Source: an uncultured Bacteroidales bacterium
Lineage (GTDB): Bacteria > Bacteroidota > Bacteroidia > Bacteroidales > VadinHA17
DNA: 64,000 nucleotides
Direction: 5' to 3'
NCBI GenBank assembly: GCA_963730615.1
Contig: CAVSSR010000002.1
Span: forward strand, 259,748-323,747
Shown here: piece after piece, positions 61,706 to 64,000 of the stretch
How the letters are laid out: every line of letters starts with the position of its first letter
Position numbering within the stretch: position 1 is the first letter of the stretch
Made by a program: the position numbers and the translations under genes
Notes under the pieces: generated by a model
Told to the model about the DNA's origin: nothing
What the model saw: only the letters and a program-made list of their open reading frames with translations
Database searches by the model: none

Positions 61706-62320
61706 TTACAGCTTCTCCAGGTATTTCTTTTTCAGCACTGTAAATTCAGCGACTGTTATTATCTGGGCATCGAGAAGCTCTTTTAGCTTTTTTAAATCAT
61801 TTACGGCAGTGGCTTTGATAACTTCTCCGGCCGTAAATATTTCAACCTTTTTACTCCAGTCGACGTTCGTACTGTCAATCTCAGCCCTGAGTATTTTGAT
61901 CTGGTTCCTCAGTATGGCCAGGCTGTCAGGCCCTGCGGGTCCTGCTGGTTCAATGATGAGAGCAACCGGCACAGCCTCGCTTGCCGGTAACAGCGGTACA
62001 GTGCCGGCTGCAGCAACCGGAACAGCGGAGGCATTGTCAGGTGCTGTTGCAGGCGCTGCCGCCACAGCCAGTACAGAAGTTGTATCTCCGGGAACCTTCA
62101 GTGTTTCAGGTGGCGGGGCATATTTCCCCAGGGCGAGGGATAAGGAATCAACTTGCAGTGTAAGATTTTTTGTGAGATTGGTGAGAGAATCAATCTGCGC
62201 GTCCCTGGGATCTGCATTTTTTGACTTTTTCTTGCCAAAAACCTGGGCATCAACCTGTACGGAGACAAGTAAAACCATCAGAAGCGTTACTAATGTTTTC
62301 ATGAGTTTAATTGTTATCAT
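61706..62320 (-). CDS. secreted Ala/Pro-rich protein with C-terminal SHOCT-like domain
   Basis: Signal MKTLVTLLMVLLVSVQVDAQ. C-terminal LKKLKELLDAQIITVAEFTVLKKKYLEKL. Confidence 0.5.
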   Translation of the reverse strand: MITIKLMKTLVTLLMVLLVSVQVDAQVFGKKKSKNADPRDAQIDSLTNLTKNLTLQVDSLSLALGKYAPPPETLKVPGDTTSVLAVAAAPATAPDNASAVPVAAAGTVPLLPASEAVPVALIIEPAGPAGPDSLAILRNQIKILRAEIDSTNVDWSKKVEIFTAGEVIKATAVNDLKKLKELLDAQIITVAEFTVLKKKYLEKL

Positions 62321-62623
62321 AAGATTATGGTTTATCAGGAATTATAATCACTCAGATGTACTTTTTGGGGCAGTGCTTGTATATAGTTCTTGGGTACTAT
62401 TCTTATCTGTGAAAAATCTTTAGCTACTTTGTGGGGGGGCTTGCCGGAAGATTTCTTTTTTGCTGATTTTTTCTTCAGCGTCCAGGTACTGATATAGATT
62501 AGAAGTAAATATATAAAAATCTCCTGAAACTTATAAAAATATCATGTGGGAAAATCATGTAAGCATATAAAGAAAGATCAATATTGCAGTTGCTTACACG
62601 TGCCAACTTATCATTTTTATGTT

Positions 62624-62631
62624 TATGTTTG
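62624..62631 (+). promoter_or_regulatory. candidate -7 box TATGTTTG
   Basis: Matches TAnnTTTG, 83 nt upstream of ATG 62714. Confidence 0.25.
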
Positions 62632-62713
62632 TATATAATAAGTTCTGAAGGTATTATGTAGGATTTCTGTCGGCCATAATGTGTATTTTTTAAACAATTT
62701 AAACTCTGGAATA

Positions 62714-63361
62714 ATGAAAAAATTTCTCGTTGTTATTCTTTGTCTCACCGGAAGCTATCTTTTTGCTCAGACCGGTCCGTCTTTACGTCTCAATGGATAT
62801 GCAACCTATGCATTTGATGACAACAGTGTGGATTCATACTACTCTAACAGCTCGTATTTTGATGGCTCCCTGAAAGGCGGTTTTCAATATGGGGGTGGAC
62901 TGGAGGTAATGCTTAATCCGGCCTATGGCGTTGAAATTATGTACCTGCGTCTTGATTCAGAAGCCCCGATGTATTATTGGGGTACTACAACAGAGCTATT
63001 TCAGACATTCGATATTGCGCATAACTATATTTTAATGGGTTTCAACCGTTATTTGCAGGTGAATCCCAAACTCGAACCTTTTGGCGGGTTACTGCTTGGC
63101 ATGGGTGTTTACAATGTCGAAAATCCAGATAACGGGGATACAGGCAGTGCCACCAAGTTTGCCTGGGGCTTCAGGCTGGGGTCAAATATCTGGCTAAGCG
63201 AGAAAATTGGTCTTAAGATACAGGCTCAGTTGCTGTCAGCGACCCAGTCGATGGGTGGAGGCATGTATTTCGGCACTGGTGGTGCCGGTGCAGGCGTGTC
63301 AACTTACTCATCGTATTACCAGTTTAACCTGGGCGGAGGCTTGGTGTTTAAACTGAGGTAA
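62714..63361 (+). CDS. outer-membrane beta-barrel protein
   Basis: Signal MKKFLVVILCLTGSYLFAQ, C-terminal GGGLVFKLR. The track start 62681 is probably an upstream extension. Confidence 0.6.
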   Translation: MKKFLVVILCLTGSYLFAQTGPSLRLNGYATYAFDDNSVDSYYSNSSYFDGSLKGGFQYGGGLEVMLNPAYGVEIMYLRLDSEAPMYYWGTTTELFQTFDIAHNYILMGFNRYLQVNPKLEPFGGLLLGMGVYNVENPDNGDTGSATKFAWGFRLGSNIWLSEKIGLKIQAQLLSATQSMGGGMYFGTGGAGAGVSTYSSYYQFNLGGGLVFKLR

Positions 63362-63567
63362 GGCCCCCGGCATTGCAACGTTGTGAGGTTGCACTGTATG
63401 TGTTCTGTCGTTAACCCGGATGGCCTCTGACTAATTTAATTGACGACGATCAGGTTGTTGCAGGTGGGTTTTAGTTTCTTCTCAATTCAACTTGCTTTAT
63501 ACAGCAATGTTCATTGGGTATTACCTATTAGAGTTATTACTCATAAGCAATAAAGGAGACTAAACTT

Positions 63568-64000
63568 GTGAAAAACTTTAAACCTGATTCGCTGGCAGCC
63601 GGATTCTCTCCAGACCCAATACTGGTCGAGCAATCCAAAGGGCCAATCCTGACTCTTCTGAGCGAGTTTTATAAAATGGGTCCGGGTCCTTCAAGCTCAC
63701 ATACTATGGGCCCGATGAGAATTACATACGATTTCTATCAGAGGATAATCAAGCTCCCTGCTGAAAAGCTTAACCAGGCTACCGGACTGAAGGTGCACCT
63801 TTTCGGGAGCCTGAGTGCCACGGGCAAAGGCCATGGCACTGACCGGGCTTCTCTTGCCGGTCTTTTGGGCAAGTCGCCTGCCGAATGCCCTCCGCAGTTT
63901 CTTGACGACCTGGCGAACAATCCTGATAAAAGCTACCCGCTCACCCTTGGCCCCAAAACCTTGAATCTTACTCTTAAGGACGTAGTTTTTGACGCTACAA
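63568..64000 (+). CDS. sdaA: L-serine dehydratase, iron-sulfur-dependent (5' part; runs off the window)
   Basis: Open frame from GTG 63568, with AAAGGAG 10 nt upstream. FYKMGPGPSSSHTMGPMRIT and LSATGKGHGTDRA blocks. No stop before 64000, so it is absent from the ORF track. Confidence 0.8.
   Translation, partial: MKNFKPDSLAAGFSPDPILVEQSKGPILTLLSEFYKMGPGPSSSHTMGPMRITYDFYQRIIKLPAEKLNQATGLKVHLFGSLSATGKGHGTDRASLAGLLGKSPAECPPQFLDDLANNPDKSYPLTLGPKTLNLTLKDVVFDAT

Overview
This 64-kb window looks Bacteroidota-like. It has TAnnTTTG-type -7 boxes, many signal-peptide or lipobox outer-membrane beta-barrel and DUF4136 proteins, three formylglycine-type sulfatases and a long-form MetK.

Gene content in order:
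- a broken sulfatase and a DUF1214 remnant
- PAS-LuxR regulator A
- tRNA-Val(CAC)
- a secreted M3 oligoendopeptidase
- DUF2252
- a cytochrome b / Rieske / octahaem-TPR cytochrome c operon
- a HAD hydrolase
- two intact sulfatases
- a Tyr/Pro/Ser/Asn low-complexity protein
- a 13.4-kb co-directional block: CoADR-rhodanese, SBF transporter, DUF1622, GH63-like hydrolase, glucose-dehydrogenase-like MDR, a cytoplasmic molybdopterin oxidoreductase with its FeS subunit, a NuoF-like/GltD-like/ferredoxin fusion, and an aquaporin
- three OMP genes, a cupin and metK
- an orphan glycyl-radical-enzyme (GRE) locus with two degenerate phosphofructokinase-like paralogues
- three more PAS-LuxR paralogues interleaved with a DszB-like gene
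- pgi, a MarC-family gene and a GH13 gene
- an OMP/DUF4136/porin cluster
- the 5' end of an L-serine dehydratase

I count roughly 50 or more reading-frame breaks. They are strongly clustered in 21.3-34.7 kb and 39.6-52.7 kb, while long neighbouring genes are intact. Every junction I re-read is repaired by removing one nucleotide, so assembly indels must be excluded before anything is called a pseudogene.

I saw no CRISPR array, transposase, integrase or rRNA. The best candidates for an undescribed system are the GRE / PFK-like / Fe-S locus (39.6-47.6 kb) and the translationally coupled sugar-hydrolase / dehydrogenase / cytoplasmic Mo-enzyme block (21.3-34.7 kb).

All family assignments come from motif recognition by eye and recalled family knowledge. 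No searches were run.
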